Shown piece after piece: positions 1 to 13,492 of a stretch of 64,000 nucleotides of DNA; position 1 is the first letter of the stretch, and every line of letters begins with the position of its first letter. Position numbers and translations under genes: made by a program. The notes below the pieces were generated by a model. It searched no databases. It was not told the origin of the DNA and was given only the letters and a program-made list of their open reading frames with translations. The stretch lies in the NCBI GenBank assembly GCA_951406725.2, contig OX597819.1, positions 110,484,001 to 110,548,000 of the forward strand, in the 5' to 3' direction. This stretch comes from Octopus vulgaris (taxonomy: Eukaryota).

Positions 1-178
1 TGCTAAACATTTCGCCCGACGTGCTAACGATTCTCCCCGCTCGTCGCCTTTGATACACATTTCATTGACCTGAAAGGATGAAAAACAAAGTCGATCTCGG
101 CGGATATTGAACTCAAAACGCAAAGACTAACGAAATACCACGAAGCATGGTAAGCGTGCGTACCATTCTGTCAGCTTA
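1..178 (-). mobile_element. SINE family B fragments (tRNA head plus Meta-like central domain)
   Basis: Reverse complement matches the better copies at 9430-9640 and 20840-21055 (GAGTTCAA..CCGCCGAG.TCGACTTTG..TTTCATCCTTTC). Confidence 0.7.
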
Positions 179-406
179 TGCATGTCTCTTCTAAAATTAT
201 TATAAATCTTCCACTGAAGAGGGAGCCGGTTTCCAACAAAGATACAAGGTTCTCTCTTTGGGATGTAGTTAACAAAGACAAATTCACATTTGGAACTTGA
301 GAAAAGTCTTGAATATTTTTACTGTTCCACTTACAGGATGCACTTGTACGAATTAACCGATCATTTTCTTATACTGAAAATCCCAGTTTAACCAGATTCT
401 CCTTTA

Positions 407-590
407 TGTATGAATGAATGTATGTATGTATGTATGTATGTATGTATGTATGTATGTATGTATGTATGTATGTATGTATGTATGTATGTATGTATGTATG
501 TATGCATGTATGTATGTATGTGTGTATGTATATCCATACATGCACACACACACACAGACACACACACTCACACACACACACATATATATA
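407..590. repeat. Compound microsatellite (TATG)n/(CA)n/(TA)n
   Basis: Directly visible. Confidence 0.95.
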
Positions 591-732
591 GAGACTACGA
601 GGAGTTTAGTTCACCTGTCATTTAAACGAATAGGTACGTTGGGTACCTATTCCTTGGTCGACCATTATATATAGATTGATAGATCCGTTATATAGAACCA
701 GCCTTAGCTGTGATCTTGGAACCTAATGGTCG

Positions 733-778
<46 letters not shown>

Positions 779-927
779 GTACGTACGTGCGTACGTATAT
801 AGGTGACTAGGTAGATAGATATGTAGATAGGAATACGTGAATATATATGTGTGTATATATTTATATATATGTGCGTATATATTTATATATATATATACCT
901 ATCTTACCCGATTGTCTGTCTGTTTGT

Positions 928-937
928 CTATCTATCA

Positions 938-1032
<95 letters not shown>
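928..1032. repeat. (TCTA)n microsatellite
   Basis: Directly visible. Confidence 0.95.
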
Positions 1033-1034
<2 letters not shown>

Positions 1035-1417
1035 ATTACCTATCTACCTCTTCGCGGGTCTATCTATATAACTGTCAATTTTATCCATGTATTTTCCGTT
1101 GCACTTAAGGTTTTAAAGAAAGTTCCGAACGATGGCGGCAAGAGGCTATGAGAGGCACAGTGTGGGTGGATATAAGGGAGCGAACAATAACGTTGATAGA
1201 AGCGACCTGCCACATGAGTAATTCGAGTGTGCACACGTGACCATCTCCTCGTGATCTCATTACATCCAAATTTCCGCTTCCGTCGTCACATTTTCTACCC
1301 ACCCCACTTGTTTTTTTTCTACCTTTTTTTAAAAAGAAATTCTTGTTTTATAACGTTGTTCTTTTTATTTAAATTTATAACCTTCCACCAGCATTAACCA
1401 GAAGCCACCAGCGCCAC

Positions 1418-1419
1418 AC

Positions 1420-1452
<33 letters not shown>

Positions 1453-1574
1453 ATACTACTACTACTACTACAACTACTGCCAACGCTGCTGGTAGTGCTG
1501 GTGGTGCTGCTGCTGCGGCTATTGCTGCCGGTGGTGCGACCACCACCACCACCACCACCACCACCACCACCACA

Positions 1575-1627
<53 letters not shown>

Positions 1628-1705
1628 CACCACCACCACCATCACCACCACCACCACTACTACTTCAACTACTACTACTACTACCACTACTACTACTACT
1701 ACTAT

Positions 1706-1763
<58 letters not shown>

Positions 1764-2447
1764 GTTACTGCTGCTGCTACTGTTACTATTACTACAGCTG
1801 ATGCTGGTACAAACCCCTCTTGTTATTACATTTTTCTACCACTGCACTACAGCCTATACTGTCACGATCACTAACATGTCCCTTCTCCTCGAGGCAATTG
1901 CCCATACAATCGCCACCACTATGACCATCGTAAATAATAGCATTTCCAACACGACAAACAAAACCAAAGCGACCACCATCTCCGAAACAATCACCACCGT
2001 CACAAAAACCACAGCCACCACGATCACCAACACAATGCCCCACCCCCGCGAAATCCATCACCACCGCAGCCATCAGTACCCCACCCCCATACTACCAACA
2101 ATGCAAAATATAGGACCACTACAACAACTAATACTGCAATAATCATCAACATTGCTACGACGACGACGACCATTACCAACAACAACAACAACAGTATCTG
2201 CACCAGTAGCAGCAGCAGCACCACCATCACCACCACCAGCAACACCGGTACTTGTATCATTACCACCACCACCACCACCACCATCATCACCACCATCCCT
2301 GCTACCACCACTAACATCACCGGCACCAGTACAACCAGCATCATTATCACTACTACGACGACCACCACCACCATCACTGCCACCACCACTACTACCAACT
2401 CCACAAGCACCACCAGTACCGGCAGCAACACCATGACGACGACGACG

Positions 2448-2485
<38 letters not shown>

Positions 2486-2560
2486 CACCACCGCCAAAAC
2501 CAGCATCAGTAGCAGCAGCACCACCACCGTCACCACCACCACCACCACCACCACCACCCT
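1418..2560. repeat. Low-complexity trinucleotide mosaic (CTA/CCA/ACA/GCA)
   Basis: Directly visible; source of the poly-V/L/P/T ORFs. Confidence 0.9.
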
Positions 2561-2567
2561 CCAATAC

Positions 2568-2740
2568 CTATTTCTTTATTACCCACAAAGGGCTAAACAC
2601 AGTGAGGACAAACAAGGACAGACATAGGTTTTAAGTCGATTACATCGACCCCAGTGCGTAACTGGTACTTAATTTAATCGACCCCGAAAGGATGAAAGGC
2701 AAAGTCGACCTCGGCGGAATTTGAACTCAGAACGTAGCAG
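2568..2740 (-). mobile_element. SINE family B, 5'-truncated, tail type 1
   Basis: Minus strand reads GTTCAAATTCCGCCGAGGTCGACTTTGCCTTTCATCCTTTCGGGGTCGATTAAATTAAGTACCAG...GTCCTTGTTTGTCC..TAATAAAGAAA; the same tail occurs at 20185-20250 and 19238-19308. Confidence 0.85.
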
Positions 2741-3089
2741 ACCCTCCAATACCACGACAATCACAAACACCACGACGACAACCACCACCAGCATCACCAC
2801 TTCCACCACCACCACCAACAACAACAACAACACAACGGTCTCCACTAGTATGTATTCCATCCCTAATGGATCATACTCACCACCGCCATCGAGGCCATCG
2901 ATGAGAATGCTAATGATGATGGTGATGCTGCTGGAACTGCTGCTGCTGCCGGTGATGGTAAGGAAGATGATGAAAGTGGTGGTGATGCTGGAGGTGCTGA
3001 TGGTGGTGTTAATATAGCTGATCGTTGTTTTAAGGATGATGATGATGGTATCGTGGCGCTGTTGTGGCCGATGGCGATATTGAAGACGA

Positions 3090-3310
3090 CGATGATGATG
3101 ATGATGAAGGTGATGATGATGACGATGAGGAGGAGGAGGAGTAGGAGCATCGTGGTAGTGAAGTTGTTAATGTTATTGCTGTTGGTGCCGTTGATGACGC
3201 CGACGACGATGATGATGATGGTGATGATGATGGCGATGCTGCTGCTGCTGCTGATGATGATGATGATGAATGATGATGATGACGATGATGATGATGGTGA
3301 TGATGATGGC

Positions 3311-3349
<39 letters not shown>

Positions 3350-3493
3350 AGCGATGATGATGATGATGAATGATGATGATGGTGATGATGATGATGATGA
3401 TGATGATGATAGCGATGATAATGATGATGAATGATGATGATGGCGATGCTGCTGCTGCTGCTGCTGATGATGATGATGAATGATGATGATGAC

Positions 3494-3535
<42 letters not shown>

Positions 3536-3702
3536 TATGATGATGGCGATGATGATGATTGCGATGATGATGATGGTGATGATGGCGATGCTACTGCTGC
3601 TGCTGATGATGATGATGAATGATGATGATAATGATAGCGATGATGATGATGGCGATGCTGCTGCTGCTGCTGATGATGATGATGGCGATGATGATGATTG
3701 CG

Positions 3703-3734
<32 letters not shown>

Positions 3735-3787
3735 GATGATGATGATGTTGATGATAGCGATGATGATGATGGTGATGATGATGGCGA

Positions 3788-3819
<32 letters not shown>

Positions 3820-3880
3820 ATGAATGATGATGATGGTGATGATAATGGCGATGATGATGATGATGATGATGATGATGACA
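3090..3880. repeat. (GAT)n/(GCT)n degenerate trinucleotide array with internal duplications
   Basis: Recurrent block GGCGATGCTGCTGCTGCTGATGATGATGATGAAT. Confidence 0.9.
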
Positions 3881-4187
3881 TTAACCTAACTGACGCCATG
3901 TTGATGTTGACGTTGAAGTAGTTTGGCTGACGAACGAAATGCACGGTCGTTAGTTCGAAATTAGCCGCCGGCACCATTCGTGCCTTATCCACTGTGCCAC
4001 CGAACAGAGTGGCGCCGCCGCCGCTGTTGTTCTTCTTCTTGTTGCTGTTGTTATTGTTGTTGACGGTAAGATTGCTCTTACTATTGTTGTCGTTGGATTT
4101 GAGCTCTGGTTGTTGGTAGTTTTGTTGTTGTTGTTGCTGTTGTTGAGACGGCCATTAATTTACTGTTGGTGTTTTCCCCCTTCTTTT

Positions 4188-4194
4188 ATCATCG

Positions 4195-4239
<45 letters not shown>

Positions 4240-4287
4240 CCCTCATCATCATCATCATCATCACCATCATCATTATTATTATTATTA

Positions 4288-4319
<32 letters not shown>

Positions 4320-4394
4320 CATTATTATTATTACTGTTATTATTATTATAATTATTATTATTATTATAATTATTATTATTATTATTATAATTAT

Positions 4395-4484
<90 letters not shown>

Positions 4485-4827
4485 CAAACATGCTGTTGTT
4501 GTTGTTGTTATTGTTGTGGTTGAAGGTGTGGCGCCAACGTCGGTCTTTTTGTAATTTACAGACATTTTTGTAGGTATTGTTATTGTTGTTGTTGTTGCTT
4601 CTGCTGCTCTTGTTGTTTATTTGTTTATTTAATTTTTTCACACTTGATAATTTATGTTTTTAATTGATATTTTGTTTACGTAATTATTACTACCGCCACC
4701 TCCACCGCCACCATCATTATCATCATTATCATTATCATCACTATAATGTTTATAGTTATCTTCGTCACCAGAACCACTACCTTCTACAGTAGCAGGACCA
4801 TCAGCAACACAATCATCATCATCGTCG

Positions 4828-4880
<53 letters not shown>

Positions 4881-4908
4881 GTCGTCGTCGTCGTCGTCGT
4901 CGTCATCG

Positions 4909-4978
<70 letters not shown>

Positions 4979-5007
4979 CCTCCTCCTCCTCATCATCATC
5001 ATCATCG

Positions 5008-5043
<36 letters not shown>
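4188..5043. repeat. (CAT)n, (TAT)n and (GTT)n tracts
   Basis: Directly visible. Confidence 0.9.
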
Positions 5044-5363
5044 ACTCATCAAGCTTACCTTATATGTCTATATATTCTAACCTTCTGTAGCGTTTCTGTT
5101 AATTAATTAAGTAATTAATTACTACACGAAGAGAACGTTAGCACTGTTATGCAAATTAGACCGACTAAATACAATTCTGTCTGCAGAGGTATATCCGATC
5201 TCTGACGATCCGCTAATAAATGTCGAAACCAGTGAATTCAATCTACTTTCAATGATCACGGGGAAAAAAGTATTATAATTTAATCAGTGAATCTAATTGT
5301 TTGAGGGAGTTTAAAATACGTCTTTACTATGAACACATTCGAAAGTTCATCTGCATTGACAAA

Positions 5364-6810
5364 ATGGTGGCAGTTGTAATGCTGGTGGTGATTGTGATGG
5401 TGGTAGTGGTTGTGATGGCAGTGGTGGTTATGATGGTGGTGGTTGTGGTTGTGATGATGGTGGTGGTTGTGTTGTTGTTGTTGGTGGTGGTGGTTGTGGT
5501 TGTGATGGCAGCGGTGGTTATGATGGTGGTGGTTGTGGTTGTGATGGTGGTGGTGGTTGTGATGGTGGTGGTTGTGGTTGTGATGGTGGTGGTTGTGATG
5601 GTGGTGGTAGTTGTGATGGTGGTGGTGGTTGTACTGGTGGTAGTTGTGCTGGTGGTGATTGTGACTGTGGTGGTAGTTGTGATGGTGGTGGTGGTGGTTA
5701 TGATGGTGGTGGTTGTTGTGATGGTGTTGGTTGTGGGGGTGGTAGTTGTGTTAGTGGTGTTTGTGATGGTGGTGGTTGTTGTGATGGTGGTGATTGTGAC
5801 TGTGGTGGTAGTTGTGATGGTGGTGGTGGTGGTTATGATGGTGGTGGTGGTGGTTATGATGGTGGTGGTTGTTGTGATGGTGTTGGTTGTGGGGGTGGTA
5901 GTTGTGTTAGTGGTGTTTGTGATGGTGGTGGTGGTGGTGATTGTGATGGTGGTAGTGGTTGTGATGGCAGTGGTGGTTATGATGGTGGTGGTTGTGGTTG
6001 TGATGATGGTGGTGGTTGTGTTGTTGTTGTTGGTGGTGGTGGTTGTGGTTGTGATGGCAGCGGTGGTTATGATGGTGGTGGTTGTGGTTGTGATGGTGGT
6101 TGTGGTTGTGATGGTGGTGGTGGTTGTAATGGTGGTGGTGGTTGTGATGGTGGTGGTTTTTGTGATGGTGGTGGTGGTTGTAGTGGTAGTAGTTGTGCTG
6201 GTGGTGATTGTGACTGTGGTGGTAGTTGTGATGGTGGTGGTGGTGGTTATGATGGTGGTGGTTGTTGTGATGGTGTTGGTTGTGGGGGTGGTAGTTGTGT
6301 TAGTGGTGTTTGTGATGGTGGTGGTTGTTGTGCTGGTGGTGATTGTGACTGTGGTGGTAGTTGTGATGGTGGTGGTGGTGGTTATGATGGTGGTGGTTGT
6401 TGTGATGGTGTTGGTTGGTTGTGGGGGTGGTAGTTGTGTTAGTGGTGTTTGTGATGGTGGTGGTGGTGGTTGTAGTGGTGGTAGTTGTGTTGGTGGTGAT
6501 TGTGACTGTGGTGGTAGTTGTGATGGTGGTGGTGGTTATGATGGTGGTGGTGGTTGTGATGGTGTTGGTTGTGGGGGTGGTAGTTGTGTCAGTGGTGTTT
6601 GTGATGGTGGTGGTTGTTGTGATGATGGTGATGGTTGTGATGGTGGTGGTGGTTGTGATAGTGGTGGTAATGTTTATGATGGTGGTGATGTTAGTTAATT
6701 ATGACGGTGGTGATGGTTGTGATAATGGTCTTGCTGTTGGTGATTGTGGTTGCGATGGAATTGTTCTTATTATTGGTGGTGTTGTTGGAGGTGGTAGTGG
6801 TAGATGGCTG
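5364..6810. repeat. GT-rich (GGT/GTT/GAT) array with higher-order units of ~130 bp and ~550 bp
   Basis: The block starting near 5385 recurs near 5934; subunit GTGATTGTGACTGTGGTGGTAGTTGTG recurs near 5655, 5789, 6204, 6338 and 6495. Confidence 0.85.
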
Positions 6811-7027
6811 GATGGTTATTTATGTCTATATACATTGACCATTGATACATCCTTAATTGCAGCTGAAATGTCGGAAATATTGTACAAGACACCCACTTCT
6901 AAGCAGTGCAGTGCCACGTGTGCCACCCGGCTGCCCGCTTTCAAGTGCTGGCCTTAGGAAGTGTCGCATGGCACATCAAACGTAAACTTATCTGGGGTTC
7001 TTGTGTGCCCATCCTTTGTCAGAATGC

Positions 7028-7110
7028 TTATCTATTTATCTATCTATCTATCTATCTATATGTATATATGTATGTATGTGTGTGTGTGTGTGTGTCTGTC
7101 TGTCTGTGTG

Positions 7111-7168
<58 letters not shown>

Positions 7169-7216
7169 AATCTATCTATCTGTCTATCTGTCTGTCTATC
7201 TATCTATCTATTTATC

Positions 7217-7302
<86 letters not shown>

Positions 7303-7362
7303 ATGTATGTATGTCTGTCTGTCTGTTTGTCTGTCTGCCTATCTGTCAGTCAGTCAGTCTGT
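7028..7362. repeat. (TCTA)n/(TG)n/(TCTG)n compound microsatellite
   Basis: Directly visible. Confidence 0.95.
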
Positions 7363-7380
7363 TTATCACTCTATTTAAAG

Positions 7381-7490
7381 CAGGCGTTCTCAACCATTTT
7401 GTCCATGGACCTCTTTGATTCTTAGTTTACTTGTGTGTACCCCATAGCCATTCGATGTTAAAAAATCCCATTGCATTTTTATAATTAATT
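7381..7490 (+). mobile_element. hAT-type MITE terminal fragment
   Basis: Begins CAGGCGTTCTCAACC, resembling hAT/Charlie-type termini (CAGGGGTTCTCAA); the other end was not found. Confidence 0.4.
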
Positions 7491-7779
7491 ATTCTTTTAC
7501 TCTTTTACTTGCTTCAGTCATTTGACTGCGGCCATGCTGGAGCATCGCCTTTAGTCGAGCAAATCGACCCCAGGACTTATTCTTTGTAAGCCTAGTACAT
7601 ATTCTATCGGTCGCTTTTGTCGAACAGCTAAGTTACGAGGACGTAAACACACCAGCATTGGTTGTCAAGCGATGGTGGGTGGGACAAACACATGTTGGCG
7701 GTGGGGAACAAACACAGAAACACAAACATATACACACACACATACGTATATATATATATATATTATATATATATATATA

Positions 7780-8455
7780 CAATATAATAAATAAAACATA
7801 TGCATACATACGTACATATATGTACATACCTACATCTATATGTATATATACATGCATATATGGGTACAGGACACCACAAATAAACGTAGAACACAACGAG
7901 AAACGAAAACATAAAACCAAACAAGGAAACGGACTTTTTTTAACAAGGAAAAAACAGAGTACAAGAAACCAACACAAGGAACATTCCCCTTCTTCAGCTG
8001 CCCCTGTTTCGACTCCATGCGTGTTTCGAAGGTAAGGGCAGAACACGATCCCGCCGAAGCGGTCCTTCCTGCAAAATGAATTAAATAAAATTCTTTTGCA
8101 GAGGGGTAAAAAAAAGTGACAAGAACAGGACGTAAAAACAATACAAATGAAGAAAAAAACAGACAGACAGGGAGGAAAGGTCAAGTAAAGAGTTAAGAGT
8201 GCGCGTCATAATTATTGAAATAAAACTTACTTGGTAGAAGGAGAAAAACGACGCGTGCGTTCGATCATATAATAACAATATAATAAATAAAACATATGCA
8301 TACGTACATACATATATGTACATACCTACATCTATATGTATATATACATGCATATATGGGTACAGAACACCACAAATAAACGTAGAACACAACGAGAAAC
8401 GAAAACATAAAACCAAACCAGGAAACGGACTTTTTTTAACAACGAAAAAACAGAG
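7780..8455 (-). mobile_element. Non-coding partial tandem repeat (496-bp unit, ~1.36 copies), PLE pseudo-LTR or retrozyme-like
   Basis: 180-bp direct repeats at 7780-7959 and 8276-8455; 3' end abuts (TA)n; contains a hammerhead-like motif. Confidence 0.75.
7988..8047 (-). ncRNA. Hammerhead-like ribozyme, non-circularly permuted strand order
   Basis: Minus strand: CGUG-UU-CUGCCC uua CCU-UC-GAAA-CACG [16 nt] GGGCAG-CUGAAGA-AGG. Stems I (6 bp), II and III all pair. Confidence 0.65.
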
Positions 8456-8983
8456 AGCTTCTTTCAGTTTCCGTCAACCAAATCCACTCACAAGGCTTTG
8501 GTCGGCTCGAGGCTATAGTAGAAGACACTTGCCCAAGGTGCCACGCAGTGGGACTGAACCCAGAACCATGTTGTTCGTAAGCAAGCTATTTGCAATTGTA
8601 TAACATAATTGTTAAAATATAATGAATAAGAGAACTTGAAACACAAAATTAACAGTAAAGCACTGTTGAGAGTAATTACCGATAGCAACAATCATTACAC
8701 CTCACCCCGTATAACATGAGCAACTTCAAATAATTTACATATATATATATCTGAATGTATGTATAACTGTTCTTGAGGCTAACATAAACCATTAAATAGT
8801 AGTAAGTATTTTGTTGAAAAAACCCCATTGGACAGAAAAAAAAAAGAACTGGTGGCTACTCGTGCGATTCGAACACTTATCTCCTATAAACATGAAAGGC
8901 GGTCTGCTAGTATGCTAAAGTAATACTTCGACAGGCTCTCTTTCCAGTTCAGAAACTTTATTCTTACCAACGAGTGCTGTACG

Positions 8984-9087
8984 TTGTTGACGTCATAAGA
9001 ATTTTATAAACTTTCGCGAGAACGAGAAATAAATCTCCCTCCCTACCAAATATTTCACGTTCTCTCGAAAGCTTATGACGTCAACAA
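8984..9087. repeat. ~104-bp inverted repeat (hairpin)
   Basis: Perfect 16-bp outer arms TTGTTGACGTCATAAG/CTTATGACGTCAACAA plus inner arms 9011-9031/9051-9071 matching 19/21. Confidence 0.9.
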
Positions 9088-9291
9088 TATATATAACCAT
9101 ACTAGGCAAATACACTTAGACATTGGATATTCTTTCTTCAGACAGTAAGAGTGGTTCCTGATCAACATTTGGATGCAATTTCTTGCAGGCCGAGCGACTG
9201 CTTAGAAAGGTCCTCTTTGATGTTTGGTGCCCATAATGATCCTGTCACTGACGATGATAGTGGTTGGTGGTGGTGATGATGATGATGATGT

Positions 9292-9324
<33 letters not shown>

Positions 9325-9429
9325 GGTTGTTAGTATAGCCCTAGGTCTGCTTTCGTTGAATATGACCCATGCTCAAGAGGGTTTAAACTATGATTTTCCC
9401 CCCTCATTATTATTTAATCAGTTCAAGAC

Positions 9430-9640
9430 GGTGTGTTGGCAGAATCGTCAACACGCCTGGAAAAATGCTTCGCGGTATTTCGTCTTTGTCTTCGCCTTCT
9501 GAGTTCTAATTCCGCCGTGGTCGACTCTGCCTTTCATCGTTTCGAGGTGGATAAAATAAGTACCAGTTGAGTACTGGGGTTAATGTAATCGACTTACTCC
9601 TTCACTCGAAATTACTGGCCTCATGTCACAATCTCAAACT
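9430..9640 (+). mobile_element. SINE family B
   Basis: A-box-like TGGCAGAATCG, B-box-like GAGTTCTAATTCC, then the central domain GCCTTTCATCGTTTCGAGGTGGATAAAATAAGTACCAG. Confidence 0.8.
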
Positions 9641-10574
9641 ATTATTTAATCAGTTTATTAGTGTATCAGAGACTATATCGTCCAATGTCGCAGTTCTCTT
9701 TTCTAAAATGCCAAGGCACATTTAGGGGAGATTTGGCTGCTATTTCTAGTAGGTTGCATCGGTTATGTTTGTGGAGATACTTATGGTGATGTTGCCGTCA
9801 TTGGTTGTATTGTTATTATTGCGGATTTTTTTTTTTAAACCGGGGTATCTTTTCTGTTTGGCTGCAAAGTTTGGTGAAAATTTGATTCATTTATGTAATT
9901 TTCCACGCTGAATCTAAGGAGATAATTCACTTTTTCTAGAAAAATTAAAAAAATTTTAAAGTTACAAATGTTTAAAGTTTGATCATTTTTACCCAATCAG
10001 AAAACAAGATTTGTAAGCTGTCATTTTGTGTGTGACTGCATGTGTTGTCAACTGAAACAAGTAAAAGAATAAAAGAATAACGAGGATCACTTTATCAAAT
10101 ACTTTTTAGTTTTTAGGTTTTCAAAGAATACGGCTCGAATTAGGTAATTTTGTTGCTATTTCTAGCAAGAAAGCTGATTGTGATTTGAGAAATATTTTGC
10201 TGCTATTTCTGGCGGATCGATCGAACGCATCGAGGCCTCTCTGGTATGATGTTAGTGACGTCGGAGACCATAGCAGTGTTTGTTGATGTCTTTGGTGCTG
10301 GTGATTGTGGTGAGTGCCGCTTAAGAAAATACAAAACGAGCTTTTAACAAAAAGCAAACTATTAACTTCTATAGGAAGAGTTGGGGAGGCAGAGATGAAG
10401 TCGGCGAAAATACTTAGAAGGACTTCGTGTGTCTGTATGACTGTGTGTCTAGTGGCTTAGAAGTGTTGTTGTCACCACGTGCCACAGTCACCCAAGCATA
10501 ACATTGTAACCAGCACTGAAATAGTGGCACACGCGCTTGACAGCCACTAGGTAAGATAAATTCAGCACGCTAAC

Positions 10575-10605
<31 letters not shown>

Positions 10606-10663
10606 TTTGTAATTACAGTTGACCAAACAATCTCCCTCTGTTCCTTCAACAGATTCGTTCATG

Positions 10664-11330
<667 letters not shown>

Positions 11331-11556
11331 TTTGTAAAGTACTATCGTAAGTGAATTCAAGCTGCAAGTTATCTGGCCACCCAACCCCTAAATTACTCCC
11401 GCTCCAACCAAACTCCTTAAACACTTTTATGTTTTCTATTTTCTTCTATTCTTTTTTTTAATTCTCCCCCTGAAAGGGGCCCACAACCTCTTCAAACCGC
11501 ACTAATGACAACAACAAAACCAAGAACATTAGCGGGCATTAGCGCCAACCAGCTAA

Positions 11557-11612
<56 letters not shown>

Positions 11613-12068
11613 AACAATAGCTTTTCACTCTCCAAAACAATTAGCTTTCGTTTTCGGAAAAATAAAAGGGAAACATACGTCCAGACGTGCACACACACAC
11701 ACACACACACACGCACACACAAACACAAACACACAAACACAGACACACACACAAACACACACACTTGTACATATATGTAATTGTAAGATCCAAGGAGGTA
11801 AGTGTTGGAAGTTTGTAAGCTTCGTGTAATGCGCGGTAGGTATAAAAGGCAACGTTCAGGAACTATAATTTTTTGGCATCGAAATTGGCTTTTCCCATTT
11901 CGTTGTTGGATAAGCTGAAAATCATTTGTAAAGCTCACGGTTAGCGACTAGAGTTGCTATGAATTCGAAAAAAAAAAAAAAAGAAAAAAAAATGAAAATC
12001 CAAATTGAGGGAGTGAAACGGGTAAAATCCACGCTACATATGTTTCATATCTAGCAGATCCTATAGAT

Positions 12069-12310
12069 CAGTGCTACTCAGAGTGGTGGTCCGCGGACCG
12101 GTGCCAGTCCACGAGTAATCAGCTATGGGTATGCAACGAGTTTCCAGAAAAGAAAGAAACATTATAAAATGCTTATGTAATAGTGTATTATTTGTTTACA
12201 AAATAAATATAAGACTAAAAAATTGGCAGCTTTTATTATACTCATTATATATATTCTTTCCGGTATAAATTAATATTACTAACAAATATTACCGGTCTCT
12301 GGCATACTGG
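12069..12310 (+). mobile_element. hAT-type MITE fragment
   Basis: Starts CAGTGCTACTCAGAGTGGTGGTCCGCGGACCGG, typical of hAT-Charlie/MER5-like termini. Confidence 0.45.
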
Positions 12311-13099
12311 TCTAGAGTAATAATTGCTCAATGAGAATCACACACGGTATATCATTGCTCTTTTACTGGTTTCCATGACTGTCAGCTACTGAAGTATCTT
12401 TTGCATCATCACTTCGTCCTCTGAAAAAGTTTCAACATGTTCGCTCAACCAGTCAAATATAACAGCCAAATCTCCCTCGAATTTACCCTCTGCTGTCTTT
12501 AAAAGCACCTGTTAGTTTAAGTGGTGTCGGATTCCTCGTAGGTAGTAAAAAGAAAACGGATCTATTAAACTGATTCACAAAATCTGCATTTTTTCAAAGG
12601 AAGTAAAAAAATTGAAAATCGGTTATAATAATGTAATTCTTCACTCTTATTCCTATGAAGGTATGATGTTGTGGAGAAAGCAATTGGAGGAAAATGTTAC
12701 AGAGGTGTAAAAATCCTAAAGACTGTTTATTTTTAGCCAATGGTGAGACAGAAATTTTCTGCGTTTAGCGGTGCGGTGTCAACTTTAAGGTTGTACGTTG
12801 TGAAATTTATAGTTTAGCGTGTGAAATGACCTGTTCATTGTAGCTTCTAAATAAACAGAAATACCTAATAATATAAACATGTATCATCTTATTTTTCTTT
12901 TGTCTCTTCCTTGATTGTATGTTTTTATTATTTTTTAAAAATTTGTTATATTAATGTATTTTGTCTGCATATGTTTACTATATGCGTATTTCAGTATTAT
13001 GTATACTTGTCATGTATTTGTGTACATCATTGATATATAAGTGCATGTGTGTGTGTGTGTGTGTGCATGCGTGCGTGTGTGTGTGCGTGTGTGTAACGT

Positions 13100-13492
13100 T
13101 TCATGCTTGGATTTGTAAACTACGATAAGAATAACACTGGTCAAAAATATGTAATATACTAACACACAGGAAAATTAAAACAAAACGCGAGTGAAAAGAA
13201 TCTTGTGGTGTGAAGAATCAACACAGAACAATGTGTGGCACAGACAGGGTGAAGTGAAACACAACATAGCTAGTGGTTGTCGTGGTAACAAGCTGTTAAA
13301 AGCCTCGCTGTCTGTTGATTGGCTAAAATTACCCAAATTTCCCAACTTTAATTCCAAATAACATTAGATTCTTTAATTTACGAGATAAAGTAATTGGTTT
13401 ATCGTAATCAAAATTCAGAGTTGTATCGATACACCAAAATTGAAAAGCAATCTGAGCAAATTTAAAGGGGCTCATTTTGCGAAAAAGACTAG
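13100..13492. mobile_element. Dispersed repeat, probable DNA-transposon terminal region (copy 1)
   Basis: 13177-13492 is highly similar to 26581-26882, and 13100-13142 to 25707-25742; both copies end at ...CTCATTTTGCGAA..ACTAG. Confidence 0.75.

Larger units (their letters stand above)
7494..8592 (-). mobile_element. SINE family A, split by an insertion in its internal microsatellite
   Basis: 3' half at 7494-7740 and 5' half at 8456-8592 match the intact copy at 45189-45632. Confidence 0.9.

Noticed and set aside
1140-1300. TATA/E-box/ETS-like motifs
   Set aside because: Short motifs with no supporting gene context.
2874-4160. Minus-strand donor-like G|GTGAGT near 2880 with upstream Q/N/S-rich frames
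   Set aside because: No consistent frame or acceptor and no recognisable domain; low-complexity context.
5195-5245. CTGACGA...GAAA hammerhead-like core
   Set aside because: Stems I and II do not pair convincingly.
369-7425. Long ORFs of poly-V/M/I/D/L and YLSI/IYIY type here and throughout the window
   Set aside because: Translations of stop-free microsatellites, open in several frames and on both strands.
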